From the NCBI GenBank assembly GCA_903813345.2, contig CAIIXF020000001.1:6758001-6822000 (forward strand): a stretch of DNA of 64,000 nucleotides. The letters are read 5' to 3'. Every line of letters begins with the position of its first letter. The stretch's first letter is position 1. The translations under genes and the position numbers were made by a program. This DNA is from Owenia fusiformis. Lineage: Eukaryota. The notes under the pieces were generated by a model. It made no database searches, was not told the DNA's origin, and saw only the letters and a list, made by a program, of their open reading frames with translations. Positions 36,801 through 51,800 of the stretch are shown here, one piece after another.

Positions 36801-39800
36801 TTTGTGTTTTTCAACATCTATTATTGTTTTTACTTTCTCTAATAGTTTATCAAATGCAGTTTCACTCTTTTCCTGGAAGTTAATTTCGTCAGACTTTCCA
36901 CGCCCTGTCAGCATTGCTGCCTAAAATGTCAAACAAAATAATATTGATGATTTCAATTCATATTAATCAAATTTTCAACCGTACCATTGGTCTTTGCATA
37001 AAAACATATTTTTAAGACTCTTTGCAGTGTTGTTGATTTTTATTTGAGGTTTTGAAGCTATTTTAAATATAGTCTAATAGTATAACGATCTGTTCCATCC
37101 AAAATCATAAGGGCCATTTTTTGTAATGAATTCCGTGTACTAACATAGAAGCATTTTTTGGTTATTTTTCTATTCCAAGTATACTGTCCTGTGGCTTCAA
37201 CTGATTAATATATTTACAAAATATTTGTAATAAACCACAACTGTGAGTGTCTCATAGTAAATTTACATTGACTGATGCAACACTAGTATAGTATACATAT
37301 ACTTACCTCTGTGTACCTCCAGTTATTGGAATTTCCAACTATGGCTACAATGATTGGTTTATTCAATGCACATGCGGCAAACCTCAGCTCCATCATACAG
37401 TTGGTAGAGTCAGCATACTGCTCAGATACACATACTACCACAACCTTAGAATGCCTTAGTCCATTACTGATCGACTCAAACAGGTCATTCTGAAATATTT
37501 CATGCACAGAGCTTGATGATTGCTTTTAGGACTGTTTGGAATTGATAATCAAATTAACAAAATACATGTATTAAATTAGAACTTAACTCAATAGACATTG
37601 GTGGTTTATCATAACAAACTGCAATTTGTATCATGAATAGATACAAAACTCTTTCCTGTAAATACTGTACACATGTACATATAAGAGGTTATTTCATAAT
37701 AAGAGGAAACCTTTTTTATAAGAGGTTATTTTGATTATTTAAAATGTAGGTGTATTTTAGAAGAGCTCAGCACCACACTCCACTAAATGATAATGTGTTA
37801 CAAAGTCCATCTTTTCTCACCTGCCCAGTCTGTTCAATATCTATCCAACAATCTATTCCATTTTTTTCCAACATATCCTTCATGTCCCTTGGGTCTCCCC
37901 AACCAACAGAGCCATCTTTTGCTTTGGTGCCCAGTTTAACTGCCTGGCTACTGTTTGCCCAGCAGTAACTTATGAAGCATGGTGGATGAAGATCCTGTAA
38001 AAGGATTGAACAATATATACAATGAATATGAAGTTACGTAGATATAGAATTCTAATATGACTCCCAATGGGGCACTTTTAATATCACACTGTTATAAGAA
38101 AATTGCATCTTGCACGTTGCAAGTATTTTTCATCTTTTTATTTCTGACATTTGTCACCTCATTCAACAATGGGTGCCTGAATATGTACTTCTGCAGAAAG
38201 GGTAATAAAGAACACTACAGTGTCACATGAAAATGAATTCTCTTGAATTCTCTTCTCCAAACCTCTATCTGATGTAAACTGAGACAGGTTATATAATATA
38301 TTGGCATTGGGAAAATCCCAAATCTCCTGAACCTCATTTAGAATAGTCTTAATGTACCTCATTTGCTGTTTGATTGAGAGTCTGGGTAACGGCTTGTTTC
38401 AATTCTTCTAATTTAGCCTCATATCTCTCAAGTTGTCTCATGTTGACAAATACCTGGAAATTACATTTATATTAGATCTGGAAAACAAATTAAAGTGGGA
38501 CTAACGCTTATACCTAAATGAAGATTTTCTGTTTTATCAACCTTACATGTATATGTGTAGTTTTTTTCAAGTTTAGCCTGCAAGAACCTGATTTATAGGT
38601 CTTCAGTAAAACATATTACAGAAAATGTACTGTATAAAGCAATAATACAGGGAACTAGTTATACATGTATTTCAGTAAGTTCATTATATATTATGTTATA
38701 GAAGTGAGTCAGGAGATGTCTCAGAACTAAAGTAGTCACACTAATTTGATTCTTGTGTTAAGTTGAGCTAGCTGATTTCCCTACATTGGATTGTGGTATA
38801 TTGTACTTGAGCCACTACAACCATGTTTTACTGTACTATACAGGCCCGTAGCAAGGATTTGCCAAGGGGGGGTTCAATTTTCAACAATTTCCAGGGGGGG
38901 GTTCAAATTTGACAATTTTGGCCCAAATATGGCTAAAATCACTCGAGAAGTGCTCAAAATGGTGAAAAACTGCATGATTTTGAAAGAAATTTTGGCCAGG
39001 GGGGAACTCTGCAAACCCCCCCTGGCTACAGGCCTGCTGTATATTGAGCATCTTACCTCCTCTCCCACTAGGAGTCCAGCTGGAGTTTGTTTCCAGTCAT
39101 ATGAAGCTCCCACTGCAATGATCTGACATGGCTTCTTTAGAGTCAACTTAATATAATGGTACAGCTCCTGACATTTGGCATCTGCAGCAAACTCATCTGA
39201 CATAAACACTAGCGCCATCTAAAAAAGAAAGAAAATTAAGATTAAAATGGAGGGATTTCAGATCTAACATAATTAAATGGCCAGCCGTTATGTTATTTAT
39301 CTATACATTACATATGGCAAAAAAGCTGGCCTGAATCAAAAGCAACTGGCCATGGTAGTTTAATTACTCAAAGGATAGGTATCGATATGGTGAGCTGAAT
39401 TCAACAATGTTTTTCTCTTCTCTTAACCAATTTCAAATTATAATGCCACCATCCAAAAGATGACCATTAAATTGACGATGTGTAAAATTTTCAGAATGTT
39501 TTGCTGACTGGTTTAAGAGAAACGAGTGTTCAAAAAGTTCACCATATCGATACCACTCCTTTCACCAGCTGTTCTTAAAGTATTTAATTTCTGGTTACCT
39601 TAGCATCCTTTATTGGAACCACCAAATCATTGAAAGACCAGAGGCCCATATCTTCACGATACCAACTGAAATAATCAAAAACAAATATAACATAGAAAAA
39701 TCAAATACGTTGTCTCGTACATGTAAGTAAAAAATTCTAGTAAGCGTTTTCAAGATAAAGATTGCATATTGATATAACACCAAGTACTTGGACCACACCA

Positions 39801-42800
39801 AATGCACGGGCATTTACTTTTAAGTTAATTCTTACCATTTGTATCCCAAGTTTTCCAAGTCGACTTTCACCTTCTCAGGCTGGACAACAGAATCATCACC
39901 AGGTGGCGCATTTGCTTGACAATAGCAGAAAAAGATGTCAGCTGACATATCCCTGTGGACATCTTGCAGTTGACGTATTGTCTGCTCTAAATTGATGTTG
40001 AACTCAACTGCATTGCTCGGAGGCATGACCGCTGAAAAGAAGCAATATCATACAAATTGAATTATTGGAAATAAATACATGATCAAAACATGCACAAATT
40101 AAATTTAAAATCATTGAGCAAAATTTTTGAATCATGTCATTATCAGTATTTCTTTAAGCAAATCAAAATAGTCAAAGTACATGAAAATCAAGCTAGAAAG
40201 TTACTAATAATGTAGAAGTACTATATAAGCACATAAACATTAACACCTCCTTGTTTTTACAGTAGAAGTATTACCTTGAAGTTCAGCCATCGAGATGCTG
40301 TGGAAGTATTTACGACATTGTAGAAATGGCGCCTTTACATCAACAGCCATATGTACCAGGTGATGGTCAAACATGCTGGGATCCTTTGTGCCCTAGAACA
40401 AATTGTGAATTAAACATGAACGATTTACATAGTAGATATCATAGTACTACAAGTACATTTGTGAATAATAGACTGCTTTTCTCAGATTTAACTCTGTAAA
40501 AATTTGATAGTATTTTGTGTTAAAAGTGTTCTGGCAATATTGTTTCATTAGCACGGAGCGGTAGGCAAACTGCGCGCCTACTATGCACGCAGTTTGGAAC
40601 ACTGACAAACTGCGCGCCTATTCACAAAATGACAGACAGGGAGGACACGACTCCCAAGAGGATGGAAATTACTGAAAATACTAGGCTAGTTTTGGTTTTC
40701 AGACAGTACCAAGATGTGGAGACTAACTTAGTTTATACGTAGCACTCGATTTTTTTCCCGATGCATATCTAGTTATCTCAAAATAAGGTTCCCAAGGAGC
40801 TTTTGTGTTAAAATTATACAGTGTTGCGTCATATAATGTCTGTTTTTCGTAGTTTGACGTTTATTCAGCCCTTGTGTTTGCATATTCTGAAAGATATAGG
40901 ATTGCTGCACATGGTTTAAGTAATATAGTTTGTTTGTTAAACAGGGACAAGCCATTAACGTGATTTTATTTTTTTCGCTGTCAAACTGCGTGCATACTTT
41001 CACGTGGATTTCACAAACTGCGTGCCTAATATTTACAAACTGCGCGCCTATATTTACAAACTGCGCGCCTAATTTGCAAGCTGTGTGCAAGTTTGTTGTG
41101 TATTTTCAGAAAACGTAAACGCCACTCACTAAACCTGTCCCTATATAAAAAGAAACCAAAGTCTGACCCTAACAAAAATGTAAATAACAACGGCGCATCT
41201 TCAAAAACCATGACACCCCCTTCAGAATTAAACAAGATGTTATTTTAAAACGCACCAATGAAGAAAAGGAAACCAATCAAGAAACCAAAGAGGCGATTAT
41301 TTAAAGGTACCAGTGACTCATTTGAAAAAACATTAAAAGACTGTGAAAACCTCTTGCCCGATGTCCCCTCAAACCTTAAAAGAAATAGTACATTGTGTCA
41401 ACCCTTCCTCAATTTCTTTGGATTTATCAGGCTCGTATACTATACATGTACTGCAGTCGGGACATTCAAGTATTACTTCCTTTGGCATATGCTATAAAAT
41501 AGACTCGGAACTATTGTATCCCCCAAAAATTCAAAGATTTAAGTGAAAAAGTTTTGAATTTCTGAATTTTTGCTCGTCATGCATGCATGGTCACTTATTT
41601 ATGGTAAATAAAAAAAGATTCAATAAATATTTACACAATTTTTATGAACGAATTGTATTTATGTTGCACCATGCATCATGCACCATGTTAGTTTGAAATA
41701 AAGTAGTAAAATAGGCACTTCGGCACTTCGATGGGGACTAGGCGGGGGCCACCTGGGTGTCTTTTAGTAAGACCCCAATAGAACAAAACCATTTTCATGA
41801 GATTTTTGAACTCAACTCTATATGATGAAGTCGAATTATTGCATCAATTTTTTATTAAATCATATAGACAAGAACAAGATAAAATATAAATATGCACATT
41901 TCCAATGGTTGTCAACCATCAACCCAATTTTAGTTTTTGATTTATTTGAACCTTTTCAATCTCTACCTTTTCAACTTACTTACGTACTCCCATGAAATCA
42001 CATAGGCCTGCATTACTGATAAGTCATCGATAATATGCACGCAGTTTGGAAGAGTAGGCACGCAGTTTGTGATTTCTGGCTAAAATAGGCGCGCAGTTTG
42101 TGTTTTATTACTTCTTTCTGTCATGTTCATCTGTTTTAATACGAAATATTTTGTATTGTACGGGAAAACTGGGTTGAGATTTACCTGTGAATCAAAACCC
42201 AAGTGTTTTATATTTCTGTGAAACGTGCGATATCAACTTATGTATCGGTGATCGAAAAATCGATGTCAATTTTTTGTATTAATCTGCTTATATTTTTAAA
42301 CCTACGTTCATCTGGACATACATTTCGCTATCACATGGTTGAATCATATAATCGCCACCGAATGGACGTGTTGAACTATAAAACAATTCAGAATAAATGT
42401 CTTAAAATGACGTTTGAAAACACAGACTCCAACTTTTATGATGCAATGTTGATAGGCGCGCAGTTTGTCAGTCTTTCAAACTGCGTGCATAGTAGGCAAG
42501 CAGTTTGGCTACCGCACCGTGATTAGGTGCAAATATGCCTCTGTAGGGTCTGAATTATATCTGATGTAAGTCAAAACTCCAAATAATTTAACTCTTCGGT
42601 TTGTCAACATCTATTGCTTCTCATGCAATTTTCTATGCTCAATTAAAAAAGACATTATGGCAAGCTGAAATATGATTAATTAAAAGCTCAGAAATTATTA
42701 TCATAAATGTATTCCATTGATTATTGTTAACTTTAATGGACTAGTTGATTAGTGGTGAATTAAAAATGGTCAATTGGTATTTGATTTATCAAAGATTACA

Positions 42801-45800
42801 TTGTTCATGAAATATGGTGACTTTTTGAATTGAATGGCCATATTGAACATTCCTTTTCAAATTCCAGGTTGTTCAATAAGTTCACGGAAAAATGCTCTCA
42901 TTTTAAAATCTTTTGATATTTTCTCATGAAATTTTCACATAATGTGTAAACAAAACATTTTTTTATTGATTCAGTAAATATCAGCTTCTCTAATGTGATT
43001 GGTCAAACATAATGGTTACTATGGTAACTAGACTTTTGGGTAGGTGGGACCCTTTTTATGTTACATATTATTCAAAAGTATAACAGAATAGTAAGCAAGT
43101 TAATGAGTGTATCACATGCATTTTCTCATCTCCGCTTTCTATGTGAGGATGATATAACTTAATGTAATAGTCGTAACTATTGTCCCATAAGGTCCTAGAT
43201 GGACACAGCTGTATGTCTCAGACCTTGACAACAGCGGAATACATGTAGATACAGAAATATATGTTCAACCCCCTAGATACACTACATATTCTTTTCTCCT
43301 TTTTTATTTTTCTCTTTTATATCTTATTGAACTCTACAAACAATACGATAATGTGACCTCAAAAATAGAAAGAAGTCAATGTCCTCATGTACATGTAGTG
43401 TACTTTGAACCTCAGGTATGGGATACATACTTTTCAATATTACCTACCTATTGATATATTTAAAGTGGGTCTTGACAGGTTCAAGTTTATCAATATGTCT
43501 GCCTTAGATAACAAAATGCTATATATGTGCAACCTTGCCTTTTCTGAATTGCTACTTAATATTGTCAAATAAGTCCTGACATAGCATACAGTATAACCCA
43601 TCAGTTGGATCAATGTTTTTTCTTTCTATGAATGTCCTGTTATATGTTTAAAGGCCCCATATAAAGTGTAAACCACTTAATATCATTATCTTACCCAATG
43701 TTTTCAAAATGTAGTTTGTGAATCTTTTCAATCTAATTTCAAAAGCTTGATCTTTAAGGACTTTTTGTTAAAAAATTGTGAGTTTCTTCAAATAAAATTT
43801 CAGTTGCCACACATATACAAACATACACAGATACATCGGAATCTATTTTTGTTGAGAAATTAAGAAAATTGGTTGAACAATAAGCAAGAATTTGAAAGAG
43901 TGGTTCAGAGAAAAAAGCATTTTGATATTAAAAATGATGAGAAATTAAAATATTTTAAAATTATAAGATGAATAACTATTTTTTCAAATCACAATTTTCA
44001 AATCAACTGAAACAACTGAAAATATTATAACTAATATGGATTAAAAGCATTTAACAAATTATTCATTTATATCATACTCAATGTCTGAATTAGATTTATT
44101 TTAGATCTAATGCACTCAGATTTTCAATCTATGCAAGTAGGTTACATTTTGACCTTTTTTATGAATTCGTGTCATACAGAATTAGGTTTGGATTACTGTA
44201 CTTAATGAACACTTGAGGTGATATGAAATGGTTTCAATAACTATAACTTTTTATCTAAATATGAAACACTTATCCAATTTAAATCCAAAATTGATAAAAA
44301 TTTATATCATTTCAAATGGGTTTAAAGGTTGAAAAATCATATTACAGAATGCCAATGTATTGGTTCGGCATGAAAAATGAGATAAAACACCAGTCAAAAC
44401 CAGTTGACATGTTGACCAGTTAACATTTATAGCACAGTTGAAATACCGTATTCTCTTTAAATTGGTCAGTTATAGACATGAATTGTTTTAATGCAATAAA
44501 AAATAAAAATAATAGAGGCATAAACTCCAATAAATGCACACCCTACTTTTCCAAAAATGACATTGGCAATTTAATTTTGAAAAAAATATTTGGCGATAAT
44601 AGGGTTATTTGGACTTAATTCACTTATCGCTAGCGACTGAGCTGTTTTTTGCAAAAGTTACAGACATGGTTCTAGAACTTTAAGACATTTATGATACATA
44701 GCCTTAAAGTGGTGACTAAAAAGCTATAATGAATGTTAATTCTGACAAAAGCCTGGGTCGTCATTTATTCCTTTATAATCATGTAGTAGTATTATTATCA
44801 TCAAATTTATTTTATCTGTCTTTATGAAGTCCAGTCAGTAACAAAAAGCCTTTGGATTTTGGCCCAGGTATCGCCATTAATTTTCAAAATGGCAGTCTGC
44901 ACAATGTACAAATGAATGTGAAGGAAATATTTTCATTGATATTAAATGATGCATATATGTCCATTGACCTACTAAACATATTCCATGAAATGTTATCGCC
45001 GATATATTTACCTTTCGAAAATCAGCTGGAGTTTGTAATTTAAGACTCCTATGTATATGAGAATTTGGGAGGCACACTGTGCATTCATTAGAGAGAATAT
45101 GGTAGGTGAGAATGAGCCTAATTAATTGTATGTTATCAAGCAGGCTACTTCAGGCACTTCATAATAAAAAGGTACTGAATATCATTATGGCTAAATTGTG
45201 TGTTTCGAAAATATTTTATAGAAAATCAACAACCTTAACTTATAAAATTTCCTTTGTCAGAAGGAGTTAAAAGAAGCCTCTGTTATCTTGTTCAATATGA
45301 ATATGAGGAATGGTACAGTAGCTTAATAGTAAATATAACAGTTTACCCTTCGTACCCTTCTATAATGCCATTGGGAGATTGAAGGGATACTAGTATATAA
45401 TGTAATATCTTGTAATGAAATAAATATATTTTAATAAAAAATTGAAAAAAAAGTTTACCACTTTATTCATGCAGTCAGGACATGGTATCTGGAAAGTGTA
45501 GTCTACCCCTTGAAATGACTCCGCAATCAGACCCTCCAGGACTTCATGTATTAAGAACAGAACATTTTCTGGTTGGGGCCCCCTTACAATCACAGACAGA
45601 TCCTTGTCACTGCAAAAACAATCATGCAGGTCATCCCTCATAACAACAGTAACATGAAGGGAACCATTATGAGTAACAATACATGTACGGTAGTTGCTTA
45701 GATGCTATTGCAGTATAATTTTAAACTACCAATTACAGTCACTCAGATGCGAGTAGGTAGGTGGCTAATTCATGGAAAATAACATCGCAGAGTATTACAA

Positions 45801-48800
45801 AATTCCCTCAAACTTGAATATTGATCTGTTTTAGTGGTTCACATTTCATATTACCCTTATGTATCTGATAGTTATACAAATTAAAATATGTCCAGAAAAA
45901 GAAAATATTATCTGCCCAACACAAGAAAAGATATTTCACGTTTTGTGATTTTACAACATGGGGTCTATGGGGAACCCCCCCCCCCGGCCTACGTAGAAGT
46001 CACATTTTCAAATTAAATTAAATTTTCAAAGTTGATGAACTCATTTTAAAGCCACATTCCTAGATGTAGATTCCAAATATGACATCAGATTGACTGAATC
46101 CAGGGACTGAATTTTGAATTATTGACGTAAATCAAGATTACTTCTCCTTGAATCTAGTCTATTAATTTTGAATTTTGGGTGTGGTTACAGTTATAACAAA
46201 AATTTCTAAATAATGATAAACATGTTTAACATACTGTGTTATCAAAGCTGTGTGGTTATTCTTGTTCAAAATGGAACCTCGTTTCCATATTGCAGCTTTG
46301 TTTGAAAACTGGAAGAGACGAACTTGGACTCTGTTGAACAATCCGGTTGGCAGATATGTGAACTGATACACCATCTTCATCTCACGTGTCCCAGGGACCT
46401 CGTCCTTTGGAGGCCACTCAAACTGAAATCACATTTTTAAACTTTGATTTGATATACCCAAAAGTTTATAAAATGTAAAACATGTGTTTAAAGAAAATTA
46501 AAAACTCCAAAATAGCTGTCAGAACCGATAATGGTCACACTAAAGTTAGTCAGTTGTAAAATAAGGTTCCATGCCACATGTCTGAGAATTTAGAGGAAAT
46601 CAGATAAGCAGTAATCCAGGAATTCTGATGAAAAACTGAATGGCATCACAATCATAATAAAGATTGCACAGCCATTATGATGACTATATTGCATGACTGG
46701 TGCAAACTAATATTCAAAATACAATACAATTGGTATGTAAATTTGAACGACCCTTAGTTCAAGAACTTATTTTCCTGGAATGTACTAAAAACCCTTCGAC
46801 CCTTCGACCTACGACTTACAGCGTGTCAAGAATTTTTGAAATATATTTTTAGAAAAACCCTTCGACCTTCTAGATATTTCTCAGTCCATATGAAGTTGCT
46901 GGAAATATTACTTTGTGTATAGAACTTAAGAATCTGTCCCAAGAGAGTTAAAGATATTTAAAGCTGGACTCCGATCGGAGCCGGCGATATGATTTTGGAA
47001 AGGTTTCTAAATGAAGAACGTGACGTCACTTCTGAATCATAGCATTCAAAATAAGTAGCGTTTAATTACTCCCACCATTCACATTATCACGGTGGTCCAG
47101 CGGTAGAATGCTCGCTGAGTACGCGGGAGGCCCCGGGTTTTAGTAAAAAAGTAAAATAAGACTTTAAAATAGAGGCCACTTTTCAAAATGGCCACCTGGC
47201 CAATGTGCCATACTTATGAGTATCAACATATCAAATGTGAAAAAATAGGTCCACTACTTTTCAAGTTAATATGCAAAATAACACACACTAAGTTAGAAGC
47301 CATTTTTCAAAATGGCTGCGTACTTGCCAAAGTGTCATAAGATAGTGTCCCATGCTTATGAGTTTTCACAAATTATATATGCAAAGATCGCTCCATAGCC
47401 TATTACTCTTCCCAGTTACAGCAACTTAGAATTTTGACACACATCAAATTGTCCGCTATTTCCAATTCTGATTGAACGAAATGCGATGGTACCTTCAGAC
47501 CCTTGGGTTGCCATTTGGAAGTGATTGTGTTTTCTGATTTGCTTAAAATCTTGCAAGCAAAGGGATGCAAAACAAATAAGCTAATTCTCATTGCCTATAG
47601 TCTAAATTAGTGTGTTTGTTCATTTCCCGCCTGCCGGGCATAGAAGATAATCATTCATTTTCAGTTATTCATGTTCTTTCTGGTCAAATATAGAGAAAAG
47701 TACTTCTCCATTAATCATGAAAATTATTTCTTAAATTATCGGTCAACTGTACTAAAAACCCTTCGACCTACGACCCTTTGACCCTACGACTTACTGGGTG
47801 TCAAGAATTTTTGGAATATATTTTATTGAAAAACCCTTCAACCTCTGATTTCCCAGTCCAGTTGATTACGTATAGTTCCAACTTGAGCTCCCTGTGTACG
47901 CAAATACGCATTTTACCTGGTAATTGTCAAGCAAAAATGTTTCAGTAGAAAAATTTCTAAAAAAGTTTGTCTACACAGCAAAAATACGAACGCCGAAAAA
48001 AAAACGTATGCATTTCGTTCGGACTTTTCACGCGAATTACGTATATGTCACGCATTGTGTTCGAAATTTTTCGTCTTATTTTACTTTTTTACTAAAACTT
48101 GAAAAGTAGTTGAACGATTTTGAGATCAAAAGTTCGATGGGATTTGCTCCACCTCACGTTGCTGTTATCTAGTTCTGAAATGTTTCATATCTATGTCTAA
48201 TAAATATAGTTGTATAGATGTGTTTGTAATAACCTTTATGCCCTTAAAATGTATATATTCAGGGGGGGACATTCGTGGGTTCAAGTGGACCACTCCATTG
48301 GCCAAATATTCTCTCAAAATCAGTACAATTTTCACGATTCTGAGCATTTTCAAGATTTCTGGGCCACTTGAAAATTGTCAAATGTTCACCCCTTGATCCT
48401 TTTGAAAAACTTAAATTGGCAAAAGCTGGTTATACGAACCTGATATGACCTAGCTTGCAAGCTTTTTCTTGACGGTTTGTGTTTATTTTCCTTGTACCCT
48501 TGCATGCTTTGGATTTTGTAGGATGCAAAACAAAGAATCTACTTATTTAGTTGGCATTAGATTCTTAACTATACAAATCCAAATTGAATCAAAGTTGATA
48601 AAATCAAAAGACGGTTCTCTTTAGACTACATAAAAAATTTGACCTGAAAATATGCACGATGCGCCACTGTTACAATGTGATGGGAAAAGCACAAATATTT
48701 TTACTGAGGAGGTAAGAAACGTTCACATTCGAATGTGCTTGAATACATTAAACCTGCACATCGCTCCAAAACGCAATATGTTGACATATATTGTTTTTAC

Positions 48801-51800
48801 ATTTTCAAGCTCTAATATAAAGTTTATGTAAATAAAAATAATTATCTGCGTAATGTCAAAGAACAATCATTTAGTTAAAAAAAATAAAAAGGCGAATGCA
48901 GGTTTCGAACCCGGGCCTCCCGCGTGCTAAGCGAGCATTCTTCCGCTAGACCACCGTGATTTTATGAATGGTGAAAGTAATTAAACGCTACACATTTTGA
49001 ATGCTATGATTCGGAAGTGACGTCACGTTCTTCATTTAGAAACCTTTCCAAAATCATATCGCCGGCTCCGATCAAAGTCCAGCTTTAAATATCTTTAACT
49101 CTCTTGGGACAGATTCTTAAGTTCTATACACAAAGTAATATTTCCAGCAACTTCATATGGACTGAGAAATATCTAGAAGGTCGAAGGGTTTTTATCAAAA
49201 TATATTTCAAAAATTCTTGACACGCTGTAAGTCGTAGGTTGCAGGGTCGAAGGGTCGAAGGGTTTTTAGTACATACCTTAGTGAATTAAGCTTTTTAATG
49301 GTGTATAAAACATAGTGATTGGTCTTATATTTCTAGAGATATCGTAATTTCTAAAAATTTCGTGACATATACGTAATTCGCGTGAAAAGTCCGAACGAAA
49401 TGCGTACGTTTTTATTTCGGCGTTCGTATTTTTGCTGTGTAGACCTAGGTGTAGACGAACGTTTTTAGAAATTTTTCTACTGAAACATTTTTGCTTGACA
49501 ATTACCAGGTAAAATGCCTATTTGCGTGCACAGGGAGCTCAAGTTGGAACTATACGTAATCATTTAGTAAACTGGACTGGGAAATCAGAGGTCGAAGGGT
49601 TTTTCAATAAAATATATTCCAAAAATTCTTGACACCCAGTAAGTCGTAGGGTCGAAGGGTCGTAGGTCGAAGGGTTTTTAGTACATTCCTATTTTCCAAG
49701 CAAAATGGTAACATCTTGTTGATGAAAAGGCCACAGAAATGATGTCTAGTTTAGAATGTATCTACATGTTACCTTTGGTTCTTGTTCGGATAGGAGGCAA
49801 GGAACAATACTGACTGGCTCATCAGGCAGGGGGAATGTCAGGTCAAACTCTTCTGTCAGGCGTAGCAGCCACTCATGCATGTTAATCTTTTTTTGTCCTT
49901 TTCCTTTGCTAAAATAGAATTTTCATACACTGTATAATGGTCCTATTTTTAATTAATTTAATGAATTCAAAATATGGTTACCAAAAATACAAGTAGTGGC
50001 TGTACTTTCCAGTATTCATGGCAATATTTAACCCTAATGCCTGCAACCTTTTTTTATAACAAAAGTTGGAAAGAGGGGTCATTTGGACCCCCCTCTGTGA
50101 TTTTTATTACTTGTCTGATTTCATTATAATTGGTATTGTTGTAAACCTTATTCAATTACCTCTTCAGAAAAGTTTTATTTTCTTAAAAAAGTAGGTCAAT
50201 AAAGGTCAAGTTGAGGTCAACGTGACCTAAGGGGTGTAAATTTTTGATATTATGTGATAAAATGTCAATTATCTTTCACAATAAATTTTTGTGCAAAAAA
50301 TGCTTCGCTGCCTTAAAGGATAATCTATTATCTTTCAAATAATACTAAAATCATGGTAAAAGCTTTTCTAGAAGTTACACACTTACAAAGATAGCAGGTA
50401 TCGCGAAATCCCATTGAAATCAATGTAACGTGAAATTGAGTCTGCAATTTCAAGTTCAACTTGTTTTTGTCTTTAGCATGTATATTTCAAGATGTATAAC
50501 AAATGCCAATAAGTGATTTAGTATGCAGATGTATGAATATGTGACTTGGTATTTTTTCAATAAAATTTTGGTCGATGATGTTGCCTAGCAACCACCTAGC
50601 AATGGCACAAACATCGAAATAGTGAAATTTGGGGTAAAGGAGAATAAAAAAATCATATTAAAATTTGGAAGAAGGTATCATCATAATTCTGATACCACAG
50701 TGTGCATAGACATTTAGGAATATGCAAAACAAATACAAAGGTATTCATAAAGTAGTTTTTTTAAAACCCGTTTTTCTCTCAAATTCAAAAAGAGAACACG
50801 TTTCGAGACTACATGTACTTGGCAATTTACAGTTTTTTACATTTAAAAATTCATAACACAGTCAATAGTGGCTCGATGTTCATGAAATAAAGCATATTGG
50901 AAAGAAAATCTAATATGCTACATGTAAATCATTATCTGTCAAACAAAGCAATAATCATCTTTTTGTATTTTCCTAAGCATTAGAAACAAAGTAACAATCA
51001 ATATTTCATGGATTTCAATTTTATTAGCATCAAGTTCCAACTATCATAACCTTGCCCCTCTACCCCAAATCACCTTGGTTTTTATGCCAAAAAGTGTCTT
51101 ATACATTGTATCGTTGGCTCAGGCTAAGGCATAAATCTATGCATGGTCTGCTAATGTTAGCAACACGCGATTGTAGCGTGAGAGCATGAGCTAGATAACC
51201 TATGAAAATAATCATCGGTTTCAAGTTACATTTGTGAAGGTGATTGATTAAAAATACTGTGACGAAATTGTGATTTTCATTTTTGTTTGATTTTGTATTT
51301 TGAGTCAGTCGGCTCATTTGGAGAGTGAGATGACTCATGCATGTACCATTTAGAGATGAATTTGCTCTGCTGCCGAGGGAACCCCTGGAGTAGAATGGTA
51401 CAACCTGTATGAATGGAATGTTAGCTAGACAGAAGAAGAAAGGTCAACAGGATGCCTGGATTATGGCTCATGAATATTACCCAGAATGCAACACCAAATG
51501 GGATAAGCAAAGCAATCCAACCAATCAGAGGGTTTCCCGACGCATATAATTAGTGAAGTGAGATAGGACAGAGTGTGGCCTGATGTGCGCAGTCTAGCTT
51601 TTTGTGTCGAAGTATCAAGAGCTGTATAGTGATTCTAGGGATGATATAGCCGGAAGGTGATGGAACAAACTGTTTTATGATGGAATATTGAAGCATTCGA
51701 AGGCATTGAAGAAGCTGAAGGATTCCAAAGTGGAGAAAGGACATTTTTGGAGTATATTTGCGTGTTGAACTAGCTGTTTTGTAGGACGATTACAAACAGT

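Larger units (their letters stand above)
46777..49689. mobile_element. Mutator-like non-autonomous element (outer copy)
   Basis: About 90-bp TIRs GGAATGTACTAAAAACCCTTCGACC / GGTCGAAGGGTTTTTAGTACATTCC; 9-bp TSD tattttcct/tattttcca. Confidence 0.8.

Noticed and set aside
47088-47139. Functional tRNA gene
   Set aside because: Truncated within the T arm and lacking an acceptor stem; it is part of a transposon.
50028-51257. piggyBac-like element starting TTAA-CCCTAA
   Set aside because: No matching right terminus was found, so its extent cannot be supported.
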